Position numbers and translations under genes: made by a program. From Clostridiales bacterium (lineage in GTDB: Bacteria > Bacillota > Clostridia > HGM11327): a DNA stretch of 64,000 nt. The notes beneath the pieces are model-generated. The model saw nothing but the letters and a program-made list of their open reading frames with translations. It was not told where the DNA came from and made no database searches. Below are positions 38,586-48,169 of the stretch, one piece after another. Each line of letters starts with the position of its first letter. The stretch's first letter is position 1. The stretch is taken from positions 1,093 through 65,092 of the forward strand of contig SVGI01000002.1 in the NCBI GenBank assembly GCA_015056385.1, read 5' to 3'.

Positions 38586-40028
38586 ATGACAGTAAGAACC
38601 CGCTTTGCGCCAAGCCCCACGGGCTATATGCATATAGGTAATCTTCGTACTGCTCTTTACGAATATCTTATTGCCCGCCACTACGGCGGTCAGTTCGTGT
38701 TGAGAATAGAGGATACAGACCAGGCAAGATTTGTTGAGGGCGCTGTTGACGTAATATACAAAACACTTGCCATGTGCGGACTTGATTACGACGAGGGTCC
38801 CGATAAGGACGGCGGCTACGGCCCATACATACAGAGTCAGAGAAAAGGAATCTACCTTGAATACGCAAAGCAGCTTGTAGAGCTTGGCGGCGCATACTAC
38901 TGCTTCTGTTCAAAGGAAAGGCTTGAGGAAATCCATGCCAAGGCACAGGAGGCAGGTGAGGTTTGCTCATACGACGGCGCCTGCCGCGACCTTCCCAAGG
39001 AAGAGGTACAAAGACGTCTTGACAACGGAGAAAGCTACGTTATACGTCAGCGTATGCCCAAGGAAGGCACATCCACATACACAGACCTTGTTTACGGCGA
39101 AATAAACGTGGATCACGCAACCCTTGAGGACCAGATTCTTATAAAATCCGACGGGCTTCCCACATACAACTTTGCAAACGTTATAGACGACCACTTAATG
39201 AACATCACCCACATTGTAAGAGGCTGTGAGTATCTTTCATCCACACCCAAATACAATTTACTTTATGATTCATTCGGCTGGGACCGTCCCCAATACATAC
39301 ACCTCCCCCTTATTATGAAGGAGGGCGGCGGAAAGCTTTCAAAGAGAGACGGCGATGCTTCTTTTGAGGATTTCTACGAAAAGGGATTCTTACCCGAGGC
39401 AATAATTAACTTCGTTGCACTTTTAGGCTGGAGCGAGGGCGGAGAAAAAGAAATATATTCTCTTGATGACCTTATAAAGGCATTCTCACCTGAGGGCATA
39501 AACAACTCTCCCGCAGTTTTCGACGTTACAAAGCTCCGTTGGATGAACGGTGAATACATAAAGGCTCTTTCACCTGAAAAATTCCACGAGCTTGCTCTTC
39601 CCCGTTATGAAAAGTGTCTTACAAGAAATCTTAATCTTGAGCGTCTTTCATCACTCCTTCAGACAAGAGTAAGCACAATAAACGAAATAGACGAGCTTGT
39701 GGATTTCCTTGAAAACACACTTGAATACGACGTTTCAATGTATGAGCACAAAAAGATGAAGACAAACCTTGAAAATTCTCTTGACGCATTAAAGAGGCTT
39801 TACCCTGTGCTTGAGGCTATGGAAAGCTGGACAGAAGAGGCTATCCACGAGAACGTATTTAAGCTTATTGAGGAAATGGGTGTTAAAAACGGAATAATTT
39901 TCTGGCCTATGCGCACCGCTCTTTCGGGTAAGCAATCCACCCCCGGCGGCGCTATTGAAATAGCATATATTTTAGGTAAGGAAGAAACACTCCGCAGAAT
40001 CAACGAAGGCATTGCAAAGCTTTCATGA
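38586..40028 (+). CDS. gltX: Glutamate--tRNA ligase
   Basis: Class I motifs: PSPTGYMHIGNLRTA (HIGH) and KLSKRDG (KMSKS). 480 aa. Confidence 0.95.
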   Translation: MTVRTRFAPSPTGYMHIGNLRTALYEYLIARHYGGQFVLRIEDTDQARFVEGAVDVIYKTLAMCGLDYDEGPDKDGGYGPYIQSQRKGIYLEYAKQLVELGGAYYCFCSKERLEEIHAKAQEAGEVCSYDGACRDLPKEEVQRRLDNGESYVIRQRMPKEGTSTYTDLVYGEINVDHATLEDQILIKSDGLPTYNFANVIDDHLMNITHIVRGCEYLSSTPKYNLLYDSFGWDRPQYIHLPLIMKEGGGKLSKRDGDASFEDFYEKGFLPEAIINFVALLGWSEGGEKEIYSLDDLIKAFSPEGINNSPAVFDVTKLRWMNGEYIKALSPEKFHELALPRYEKCLTRNLNLERLSSLLQTRVSTINEIDELVDFLENTLEYDVSMYEHKKMKTNLENSLDALKRLYPVLEAMESWTEEAIHENVFKLIEEMGVKNGIIFWPMRTALSGKQSTPGGAIEIAYILGKEETLRRINEGIAKLS

Positions 40029-40037
40029 GGTAATATT

Positions 40038-40793
40038 ATGAAAAAAATCAAGGTTACAATCTGGAACGAGGGTACTCACGAACGCAGAGATGAGGCTGTG
40101 CAGAGGGTTTACCCCGATACAATAGGCGGCGCCCTTAAGAGCTTTATAAAGAATATGGAAGGCGTCAGCGAGGTAAGGCACGTTTCTCTTTACGACGAGG
40201 AGCAGGGCTTTACTCAGGAGCTTTTGGATGATACAGACGTTCTTGTATATTGGGCACACGTAAGCCATGCAGAGGTCAAGGATGAATACGTAGAGCGTAT
40301 ATATGAAAGAGTGCTTAACGGCATGGGCATTGTGCTTCTCCATTCCGCACACGCATCAAAGATATTCAACAAGCTCTGCGGCACACACACATCATACCTC
40401 CGCTGGAGAGAGGCTGCGGAAAAGGAAAGAGTATGGAACGTAAATCCCACACACCCCATTGCAAAGGGCCTTCCTGACCAGTTCCTTATCCCCCATACAG
40501 AAATGTACGGTGAGCATTTCAATATTCCCAAGCCCGATGATATTATTTTTATCAGCTGGTATGAGGGCGGAAACGTTTTCAGAAGCGGTATTACCTACAC
40601 AAGAGGTGCGGGAAAAATATTCTATTTCTCCCCGGGCCACGAAACCTTCCCTATTTACTATCAGAAGGAGGTTCAGCAGGTTATCAAAAACGGCATAGAA
40701 TGGGTTGCTCCCGCCTTTGAGGAAACTGCAATGCTTAAAAACGGCGCCCCCTGCGACAACGTGCCCCTTGAAGAAATAAAATCCGTACGATAA
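40038..40793 (+). CDS. ThuA-like (trehalose-utilisation) domain protein
   Basis: 251 aa. The N-terminal KVTIWNEGTHE pattern and the size are typical of ThuA-domain proteins. Confidence 0.7.
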   Translation: MKKIKVTIWNEGTHERRDEAVQRVYPDTIGGALKSFIKNMEGVSEVRHVSLYDEEQGFTQELLDDTDVLVYWAHVSHAEVKDEYVERIYERVLNGMGIVLLHSAHASKIFNKLCGTHTSYLRWREAAEKERVWNVNPTHPIAKGLPDQFLIPHTEMYGEHFNIPKPDDIIFISWYEGGNVFRSGITYTRGAGKIFYFSPGHETFPIYYQKEVQQVIKNGIEWVAPAFEETAMLKNGAPCDNVPLEEIKSVR

Positions 40794-40800
40794 CAGCAAG

Positions 40801-40836
40801 AAAAGAGCCTGTATTATATTTATAGGCTCTTATTTG
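40801..40836 (+). terminator. Weak rho-independent terminator
   Basis: Stem AGAGCCT / AGGCTCT with a 13-nt loop, then TATTT. Confidence 0.4.
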
Positions 40837-40869
40837 CATATACCTTAATTATACGAAAGGCATATCATA

Positions 40870-41769
40870 ATGAAAAAAATCATTTCACTTTTGCTTGTAA
40901 TCATTCTTGCATTAAGCCTTACAGGCTGTCTTTTTGCCCCTGCTGGCTACGAATACGATGAGGAGGGCAGAGTTACACGCAGACCCTATTCCCAATCCAG
41001 CTATATGACTATCGAATACGATGCAAGCGGTAATAAAGCACTTGAAACCGTATACACCAATTCCGATAACGTAAAGGAGCAGGCAATACATTACGAAAAC
41101 GGAATAAAATCATTTATACAGGATTATGACGACAACGGCACCGTAGGCTCCGAGCGCTATTACAACAGCAAGGAAGAAGAAATACGTATTGTTTACTACG
41201 TGGACGGCACGTTTAACGGCAGTGAGGACAAGGAATACGACGAACACGGCAATATAGTGCTTATCTCCCGCCGCGACGAAAACAACGATGAATGGGAAAG
41301 TATTTACTATGAATACAACGAGAATAACGACTGTATAAGGGAAGACGTATACAGATTCGGGGAAGCATACTACGTAATCACTGAATACCATACACCGGGT
41401 GTAATTAAGTCCATAAAAACATACACATCCTCCGGTATCATAAAGCAGGAGGATGTATTCAACGAAAGCGGCAAGGCTTCATCCAGTACCGTATACAGCT
41501 ACGATAACGAGGTGCAGCGTATATATCAAACAGTCGTCTTTAACAGTAATAACTCAACAGTATCCACATATTTCCTTTTTGACGGACGCAAAATAGTATC
41601 CCAAACAGAGAATACAAATTACAAGTCTTACTACTATAATGCAGACGGCTCTCTTGAGGCAACCTACTCTCACAGTGAGGGGCTTTTGGATGCAAACGGT
41701 ACAGCTATGGATATATCCCATTTTGAGTTTTCATCTGATTGGTCTCACTCACCTATCTATCCCGATTGA
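40870..41769 (+). CDS. Lipoprotein with YD/RHS-like short repeats, paralogue 1
   Basis: Lipobox LSLTGC. About seven Y-(D/N)-x-x-G units (YEYDEEGRV, IEYDASGNK, DYDDNGTV, EYDEHGNIV, YEYNENNDCI, YSYDNEVQRI, YYNADGSL). Confidence 0.6.
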   Translation: MKKIISLLLVIILALSLTGCLFAPAGYEYDEEGRVTRRPYSQSSYMTIEYDASGNKALETVYTNSDNVKEQAIHYENGIKSFIQDYDDNGTVGSERYYNSKEEEIRIVYYVDGTFNGSEDKEYDEHGNIVLISRRDENNDEWESIYYEYNENNDCIREDVYRFGEAYYVITEYHTPGVIKSIKTYTSSGIIKQEDVFNESGKASSSTVYSYDNEVQRIYQTVVFNSNNSTVSTYFLFDGRKIVSQTENTNYKSYYYNADGSLEATYSHSEGLLDANGTAMDISHFEFSSDWSHSPIYPD

Positions 41770-41789
41770 TAACAGACAAAAACACACTT

Positions 41790-41823
41790 AAGCCTGTGCT
41801 TGTATAAGTACAGGCTTTTCTTT
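41790..41823 (+). terminator. Rho-independent terminator
   Basis: Stem AAGCCTGTGCTT / AAGTACAGGCTT (one mismatch) followed by TTTCTTT. Confidence 0.65.
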
Positions 41824-41897
41824 ATAGACATACCCTTAAAAAAGTGGTATACTTTATATATAAATATATTTTATATAATAATACAGCGGAGGCTTAA

Positions 41898-42845
41898 ATG
41901 AAAAAGCTTACAGTTATTATTCTTACAGTCATTCTTGCATTAAGCCTCACAGGCTGTAATTTGGCGGCCCTTAAGGACTACAAGTATGATGACGAGGGCC
42001 GTGTTATACAAAGGCCTATCTCCTCATCAGTATACGCCTGTATAGAATACGACGATAACGGCAATATCAAAACGGAAACCGAGTATTATAAATCCGACGA
42101 CTCCGTAAGAAGCATTTCATATTACGAAAACGGAACATTGGTATCAAAAAAGCGTTATTCCACCGCAGACCCCACGTTTATAACCGAGGACTTTTTTGAT
42201 GCAAAGGGTCAGGTCATCCGCGAAAACGATTGGCAATACGGCGAGCTTGTAAGCTACGAATTGAGAGAATATGATGAAAGAGGCAACGTTACTCTCGTTT
42301 CAAGAGTAAATACAAACGACTTTGTTACGGGCACCACCTCCGAATGGCAAAGGTATGAAAGGCAGTTCGACGCCAATAACGACCTTATCCGAGAGGATGA
42401 ATACCGTTACGGCGAGCATACGTATTACAGTCTTTACGAATACAGCGCCCCCGGCCTCCGCAAAAGCTACAAAAAATACACTCCCTCAGGCCACATATTG
42501 GAGGAGGCCCTTGATGATAACGGCAACAAGCTGTGGTTTAAGACATATACCTATGACAGCGGCAGCACCCCGAGAGTTATCGAGCTTGTAACCTACCAAA
42601 GTGAAAGTGCCTATACCCAGATAACATATCTTCCCGACGGACGTACCATAACAAATGAGTACGCAAACGCCTACATTACAGGTTCAACCTATCGCGATGC
42701 AACGGGCAGCATTATTGCTACGTGCTCAAGCGACGGCGCTATGAAGGATGCAAACGGCAACGATATGGGTATAAACCAATTTGCCTATGAAGCACAGGGC
42801 TGGTATTGCCCTATTGTATATCCCGATACAAATACAGATAATTAA
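41898..42845 (+). CDS. Lipoprotein with YD/RHS-like short repeats, paralogue 2
   Basis: Identical lipobox LSLTGC, the same repeat type (YKYDDEGRV, IEYDDNGNI, REYDERGNV...), and a conserved C-terminal DANG...YPD. Confidence 0.6.
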   Translation: MKKLTVIILTVILALSLTGCNLAALKDYKYDDEGRVIQRPISSSVYACIEYDDNGNIKTETEYYKSDDSVRSISYYENGTLVSKKRYSTADPTFITEDFFDAKGQVIRENDWQYGELVSYELREYDERGNVTLVSRVNTNDFVTGTTSEWQRYERQFDANNDLIREDEYRYGEHTYYSLYEYSAPGLRKSYKKYTPSGHILEEALDDNGNKLWFKTYTYDSGSTPRVIELVTYQSESAYTQITYLPDGRTITNEYANAYITGSTYRDATGSIIATCSSDGAMKDANGNDMGINQFAYEAQGWYCPIVYPDTNTDN

Positions 42846-42863
42846 TATAAAGGAAAAGCAGAA

Positions 42864-44177
42864 ATGAAATTTTTCAAACCCTTCACACATCCCACACCTC
42901 CCGTTATTCCCCAAAGGCGCGTTTCTATCACCGATTTTGGCGCAATAGAGGGCGGTGAGGTGTTAAACAGAGAAGCAATAAACAAAGCAATAGACGCCGT
43001 TTCCCAAATGGGCGGCGGACACGTAGACGTTCCCCAGGGCGTATGGCTTACAGGCGCTATCAATTTCAAAAGCAACGTAGACCTTCACATACACAAGGGC
43101 GCAGAGCTTTTGTTTACTGCAGACCCCAAGGCGTATCTTCCCGCAGTATTTACGCGTATTGAGGGCATCAGGTGCTACAACTATTCACCTCTTCTCTACG
43201 CTAACGGATGCGAAAATATATCCGTTACAGGCGAGGGTAAGCTTAACGGCCAGGGCCATCTCTGGTGGGGCTGGGCTCTTCAGAACAGAGTTGGTATGGA
43301 TGACCTTTACCTAAAGGGCAAGCTTGGCACACCCGTTGAGGAGAGAGTGTACGATAATTTTGACAAATGGGCTCTCCGCCCCTACTTCTTACAATTCGTG
43401 TACTGTAAAAACATACTTATCGAGGGTGTAAGATTTATACAGTCCCCCTTCTGGTGTGTTGCTCCCCTTTTCTCCGAGAATATTATTATCCGTAACGTAA
43501 GCTGGTTTTCAGCACGTAACGGCGCAAATACAGACAGCGTAGATATAGATTCCTGCAGAAACTGCCTTGTGGAAAATTGCAGAGTTGATTCATCATCTGA
43601 TGACGGTGTTTGCGTAAAATCAGGCAGAGATAACGACGGTATTGCCGTTAACTGGCCCACAGAAAACGTCGAGGTGAGAAACTGCTACTTCTCACACGGG
43701 GGCTGCGGTGTGGTTGTAGGCAGCGAAACATCAGGCGGTATCCGCAACGTTTATATGCACGACTGCGTTTGTGAGCAATGCAATATGGCTGTTCACGTTA
43801 AGAGCGCACCGGGCAGAGGCGGCGAGATATGCGACATTGACATTGAAAACATAAAGGCAGACCGCACAGTTTACGGTGTTTGCATAAACACCCACTATTG
43901 GATGAAGCCCGGAGATGCTGTTGAAAAGCTTCCCGATATGCACGATATTTCTCTTAAAAACGTTCACGTTGAGGAAAGCCGCGACGGACTTAACGTACGA
44001 GGCCACGATTGCGGACACATAAGAAACATCTATCTTGAGGACGTTTCCGTTGGCTCATATATGACACAGCAGACTATCGACTGCGTGGATAATCTTACGT
44101 TAAACGGTGTTTCCACCCACGTAACAGAGGAATTCGATTGGCGGGCACATTCAAAGCCTATTGAGTATCACGATTGA
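42864..44177 (+). CDS. Glycoside hydrolase family 28 (polygalacturonase-like)
   Basis: Parallel beta-helix motifs NTDSVDIDSC, SSDDGVCVKSG, SHGGCGVVVGSE and AVHVKS correspond to the GH28 NTD / DD / GHG / RIK blocks. Confidence 0.85.
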   Translation: MKFFKPFTHPTPPVIPQRRVSITDFGAIEGGEVLNREAINKAIDAVSQMGGGHVDVPQGVWLTGAINFKSNVDLHIHKGAELLFTADPKAYLPAVFTRIEGIRCYNYSPLLYANGCENISVTGEGKLNGQGHLWWGWALQNRVGMDDLYLKGKLGTPVEERVYDNFDKWALRPYFLQFVYCKNILIEGVRFIQSPFWCVAPLFSENIIIRNVSWFSARNGANTDSVDIDSCRNCLVENCRVDSSSDDGVCVKSGRDNDGIAVNWPTENVEVRNCYFSHGGCGVVVGSETSGGIRNVYMHDCVCEQCNMAVHVKSAPGRGGEICDIDIENIKADRTVYGVCINTHYWMKPGDAVEKLPDMHDISLKNVHVEESRDGLNVRGHDCGHIRNIYLEDVSVGSYMTQQTIDCVDNLTLNGVSTHVTEEFDWRAHSKPIEYHD

Positions 44178-44207
44178 TAGGTAATCCTATTCATCTATAA
44201 AACAATT

Positions 44208-44243
44208 AAGTCTCATTATAATTTTTATAATGAGACTTTTTAT
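44208..44243. terminator. Terminator hairpin between GH28 and the convergent island gene
   Basis: 14-bp perfect stem AAGTCTCATTATAA / TTATAATGAGACTT with a 3-nt loop, then TTTAT on +. Confidence 0.7.
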
Positions 44244-44278
44244 TATATAACAAGAATGAATCGGTACAACAAAAAACT

Positions 44279-47086
44279 TTAATACTTATGTTTATACAAT
44301 TCCAACTCGTTCTTTACAGATATAAGATACGACAACTCAACTTCTTTAATTTTTTGAATTATTAACATGATCTTTTTTAATATAGCGCTATCTCCAAGTA
44401 ACTTGAATTTGATTCCTAAGTTGTGTATTATAGCCGAATATTCAAATACTTTTTCCGCTTTAGAAATATATTCGTTATCCGTTATGTATTGGTGATTACA
44501 CAAATATTTTATTCGCTTTAACATAATATATTTATGTTCCATTAATCCTTTGGTATAACGGTGATCAAAACTATTTTTACTACACTTCAAGATATAATGT
44601 TCTCCTAGACCTTCAATCGCATTAAGCCCATAAAACACTCCGTCAAAGGATTGTCTCAATGAGTTTGATGAAGACAAATAATCTTGAAGTGCACTAATTA
44701 TTTTTTCAATATCTAGTATAAACTTTGCTTCAGTATTATACTGATAAAAATTAAGTATAGGTTTTCTACACGTAAGGGAATTCAACGCACACTCCATATT
44801 AGCGAATGGAATTTCAAAAACAACAAATCGTTTAGTCAGATAACCTGCAGAATAAAACACCTCTTTCTCGTTATCAAAACCAATCAGTAAATAATCGTGG
44901 GGAAAATACTCGACGCCATACGCTTTCTTGCCCGGTATATATTCTTCATTATAATACCCACCAACATAACACCCATGCGCAAGCATATCTTTCAATACTT
45001 GCATCATGTTAATACCTACAATGTCGTATGTATTTTGAAATAATTGTATTTGTTGATAAAAAACAATCTCATCATCAATCCCCCAGTTATCTGAAAGAGA
45101 AATAAAAAATTTATTCTTTTCAAACGGATTAAAACTACAATTTATAAACTTGCAGCATAACCATGGTGTTATATCATTTTTTGCATTTCCTTGGATAACA
45201 CCCAAAGGAAATGCAAGATTATGGTACATTACCGATAAAGGATTGATTTCAAAAGGCAATATAATTTTATTTTCCATAATATACGTACCTACTATATCAA
45301 CTCTCTTGATAATTTTTTGCCTGTAATTCAAACATATTAAAATAGACTCCTTTTTTTCAATTAATTCACTATGTGTCCCCTCTTCTACAATTCTACCTTC
45401 CTCCATTACATATATACGATCGGCTTTTACCACATTAGATAGTCTATGGGATATCAATATGGTCGTCGTACTATTATCCTTATTAAAAATCATTTGATTT
45501 AAATTTTCTTCATCAAAAGGATCTAATGCACTTGATGGTTCATCGAAAATCAACAATCCAAACTCTTTGGTGAACAAACGTGAAACTGCCATTTTTTGCA
45601 TTTCTCCGCCGGATAACATTATTCCGTCTTTATCGAATTTTTTAGTTACATCTGTATCTAACGTTGCCCCACTTTTGGTTAAAATTGTATCGATAGATGT
45701 TTTTGAAAAACGACCTAAGGACTCTACATCTTTAAATGTTTCATATGAAGATAAATTTTCCCGTAACGATAATGAATACATATGAGACTCTTGGAAAGCA
45801 ATCCCCACATTTGAACGATAAGAAGAAAGATTTACCTCTTTTAACGAAATTCCATTTATCATTATATCCCCATTTGGTGGATCATATAATCGCAGCAACA
45901 GTTTGGTTAAAGTGGTTTTACCACCACCATTTTTCCCAACAATTGCTACTTTTTCGCCTTTTTTTATTTTTAAATTTATATTTTTTATAGCAAAGTTTGA
46001 ATTTTCATAGTTAAAACATACGTCCTTAAACATTATTGAAAACGAACTATCACTCTCCAAAAAATGGTTTCCTTTGTCTTCCACTGTTCGCTCTATTTGG
46101 GATGGTTGATCAATAAAACGTCTGATTCTTTCACCATACATAACACTTTTATTAAGTGATGTATATCGTTTTGATACACCTTCAATTTTCCACGCCAATG
46201 AATTTGCTGCACTTAAAAGAGATACGAAACTTCCTACACCAACCTTACCCGCAATAATTAACCCGCAAATAATAATCCTAATTATCGCTGACGATCCACT
46301 TGTAGACAAGCCTTGAATTAAAGACCAAAACGATAATTGTTTACCATATTTGATTTTTATCTCGATATGCTGTTGAAAGGATTGACAATAATGATCAACT
46401 AGTATATTATATATGTTGGTACTCTTAATATCCATTGCCGCCTCTTTGCTACAAAGCGTTTCATAATAATAATCCTTTTTTCTTTCAATAGGCGCACTTT
46501 CTTCATCATGTCGAATTTGAATTTTGTTTACAATTTTACTTACCCAAACTTTAACTATCACAGAAATAAACGTAATTATTAAAACATATACCGTGGATGA
46601 CAGTACATATCCCACCAATGAGCCTACTGTAACAATTAGTGCCAATGAATTACTTAAATTGAAAAAAGCTTCTATAGATTTACTTGCATATTTAGCATAC
46701 GCAACAGTATACTCATTATAATAATTTGGATCATCAAAACATTTATAATCCGTACGCTTCATATGTTCACAAATATCAATATTCACATTGGCAATAATCC
46801 TAGTTTGACACGGTTCGAAATATAAAAAATACAACAAATCGCCTCCAATGTAAAGTAATAACTCAAAACTAAAAAACAAAAGGATTGTTGTTACTACCGT
46901 CCATATCCCAACACCAACAGACAATTGATCAATTGATATTTGCATTAAAAATACATAAAGCATAGTAGAAAGCGGGGATTGTATACAGTCCCATATGATA
47001 TAAATTATAAAATAAGCTTTATTCTGTTGCCAAATTGGTTTTTACATCAATCCTAAATTCCGAAACCACATCTTTGATTTAAACAT
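44279..47086 (-). pseudogene. ABC exporter (TMD + NBD) fused to a roughly 330-aa C-terminal domain; reading frame interrupted by an in-frame TAA at codon 15
   Basis: NBD motifs GKNGGGKTT, LSGGEMQKM, LLIFDEPSSALD, ISHRL. Upstream of the track's start (46963) the same frame reads MFKSKMWFRNLGLM-TAA-KPIWQQNKAYFIIYIIWDCIQSPLST. That segment starts at an ATG (47086-47084) with an AAAGGAG RBS. TM1 therefore lies upstream of the track ORF, and the stop at 47042-47044 splits the gene. Confidence 0.6.
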
Positions 47087-47118
47087 TCATATTCTCCTTT
47101 AATCTTTATAATATCGAA

Positions 47119-48048
47119 TTATGTGTTTAGCAAGTTTACATAACGATTTTTTGAAGACAAACGGAATACCTTTCTGCAAAATATCAATTTGTATCGAATC
47201 TTCAACCACATCAAACGTAGAGATGAGGTTTTACATGAAATATCATTAATACATAACGCAACAACCTTGGATGGAAAAACACTTTCTAAATATTTTATTG
47301 TTCTTTTGATATACATCCTTGAGTCATCAATATTCACACACAAAATATATGTATCAGGTGAACAAGCAGTTATAAATTCCTGTTACTTAATAGGGTAACT
47401 TTTAAATGCTGCAATATTTGGAACAATAGTTCTTGATTGTAGTCCAGTAATAATTATATCTGGCGAATCCCTTTCCAGTTTCTGTAAAGCATAATTTATA
47501 GCAATTATGTTTTTCCATCCTTCAAATGGCATATATGCATTGTATCCAAAAGTATAAATGCCTTCGAATCCTAACAATTCAGAAGTAGGTTCGGTACCAA
47601 AATTACTCACTTTAATATTTTGTCTTCTCAAGAAATTCCTGAGCGCAACTTGTATAGTAAATTTACCTTGCGAAGAATCTGTTCCTGCAACACAAAGAAT
47701 TGGACAATGTATATTATAAAGTTTTCCTCCCCATTGAAAATTTACTGTACAATTTTTTTCGGGTTTATGTATCCACAAATTGTTTCTTTCAAATATTTTC
47801 ACCAATTCCACATAAGGATATTTCCCAAAATAGTCATTCTCATCAAACAAAAACAGATTCTTTTTGTGTAGCAAACACATCTCGATAAATTGTTCTGCAA
47901 CGTTTATTTTTAATGTTTGAGATAATATGTCGACATGGCTTAATATAACAGTACCAAAGTTATCAGACCAATTCAAGTCGTTTATCGATTGAATTTTATG
48001 TGAGTTTTTACAAGCAAAAGCAGTACCAATATCTGTGTATAAGAACAT
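47119..48048 (-). pseudogene. DUF1611-like (P-loop-like, DgcN-related) protein gene interrupted by one in-frame TAA
   Basis: Track ORFs 47383-48048 and 47119-47343 are in the same frame, separated only by TAA at 47383-47385. Reading through gives ...AFKSYPIK-TAA-QEFITACSPDTYILCVNIDD.... VAGTDSSQGKFTIQVAL resembles the DUF1611 GTDxxxGK motif, and the later blocks align by eye with that family. Confidence 0.55.
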
Positions 48049-48053
48049 AATCT

Positions 48054-48082
48054 ATTATATTGTACTTTATATTATTTTGCAA
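48054..48082 (-). promoter_or_regulatory. Sigma-A promoter (TTGCAA-17 nt-TATAAT) ending 5 nt before the ATG of the DUF1611-like gene
   Basis: Reverse strand: TTGCAA (48082-48077), a 17-nt spacer, TATAAT (48059-48054), then AGATT and ATG (48048-48046). No Shine-Dalgarno is possible in that space. Confidence 0.5.
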
Positions 48083-48169
48083 GTTTTTTTTACACTTTTA
48101 ATTTTACAGTTAATAAAACATTTATTAGTATACAAATTTCACACTTAAAAACAACTTAGAAAACATTCA

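Noticed and set aside
44265-44278. ACAACAAAAA(A)C, present at the left edge of the island (about 44265-44278) and at the right edge (about 48170-48181), considered as possible target-site direct repeats
   Set aside because: It is only about 10-11 nt and imperfect. It lies in A-rich terminator flanks, and no integrase or transposase is present. This is indistinguishable from chance.
47042-47385. The idea that the two in-frame TAA codons reflect stop-codon reassignment or programmed read-through in the island
   Set aside because: Both island genes themselves terminate at TAA (44279-44281 and 47119-47121). TAA is also used as a stop elsewhere in the window. I know of no bacterial or phage code that reassigns TAA alone. 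Nonsense mutation (CAA to TAA) in decaying AT-rich DNA is the simpler explanation.
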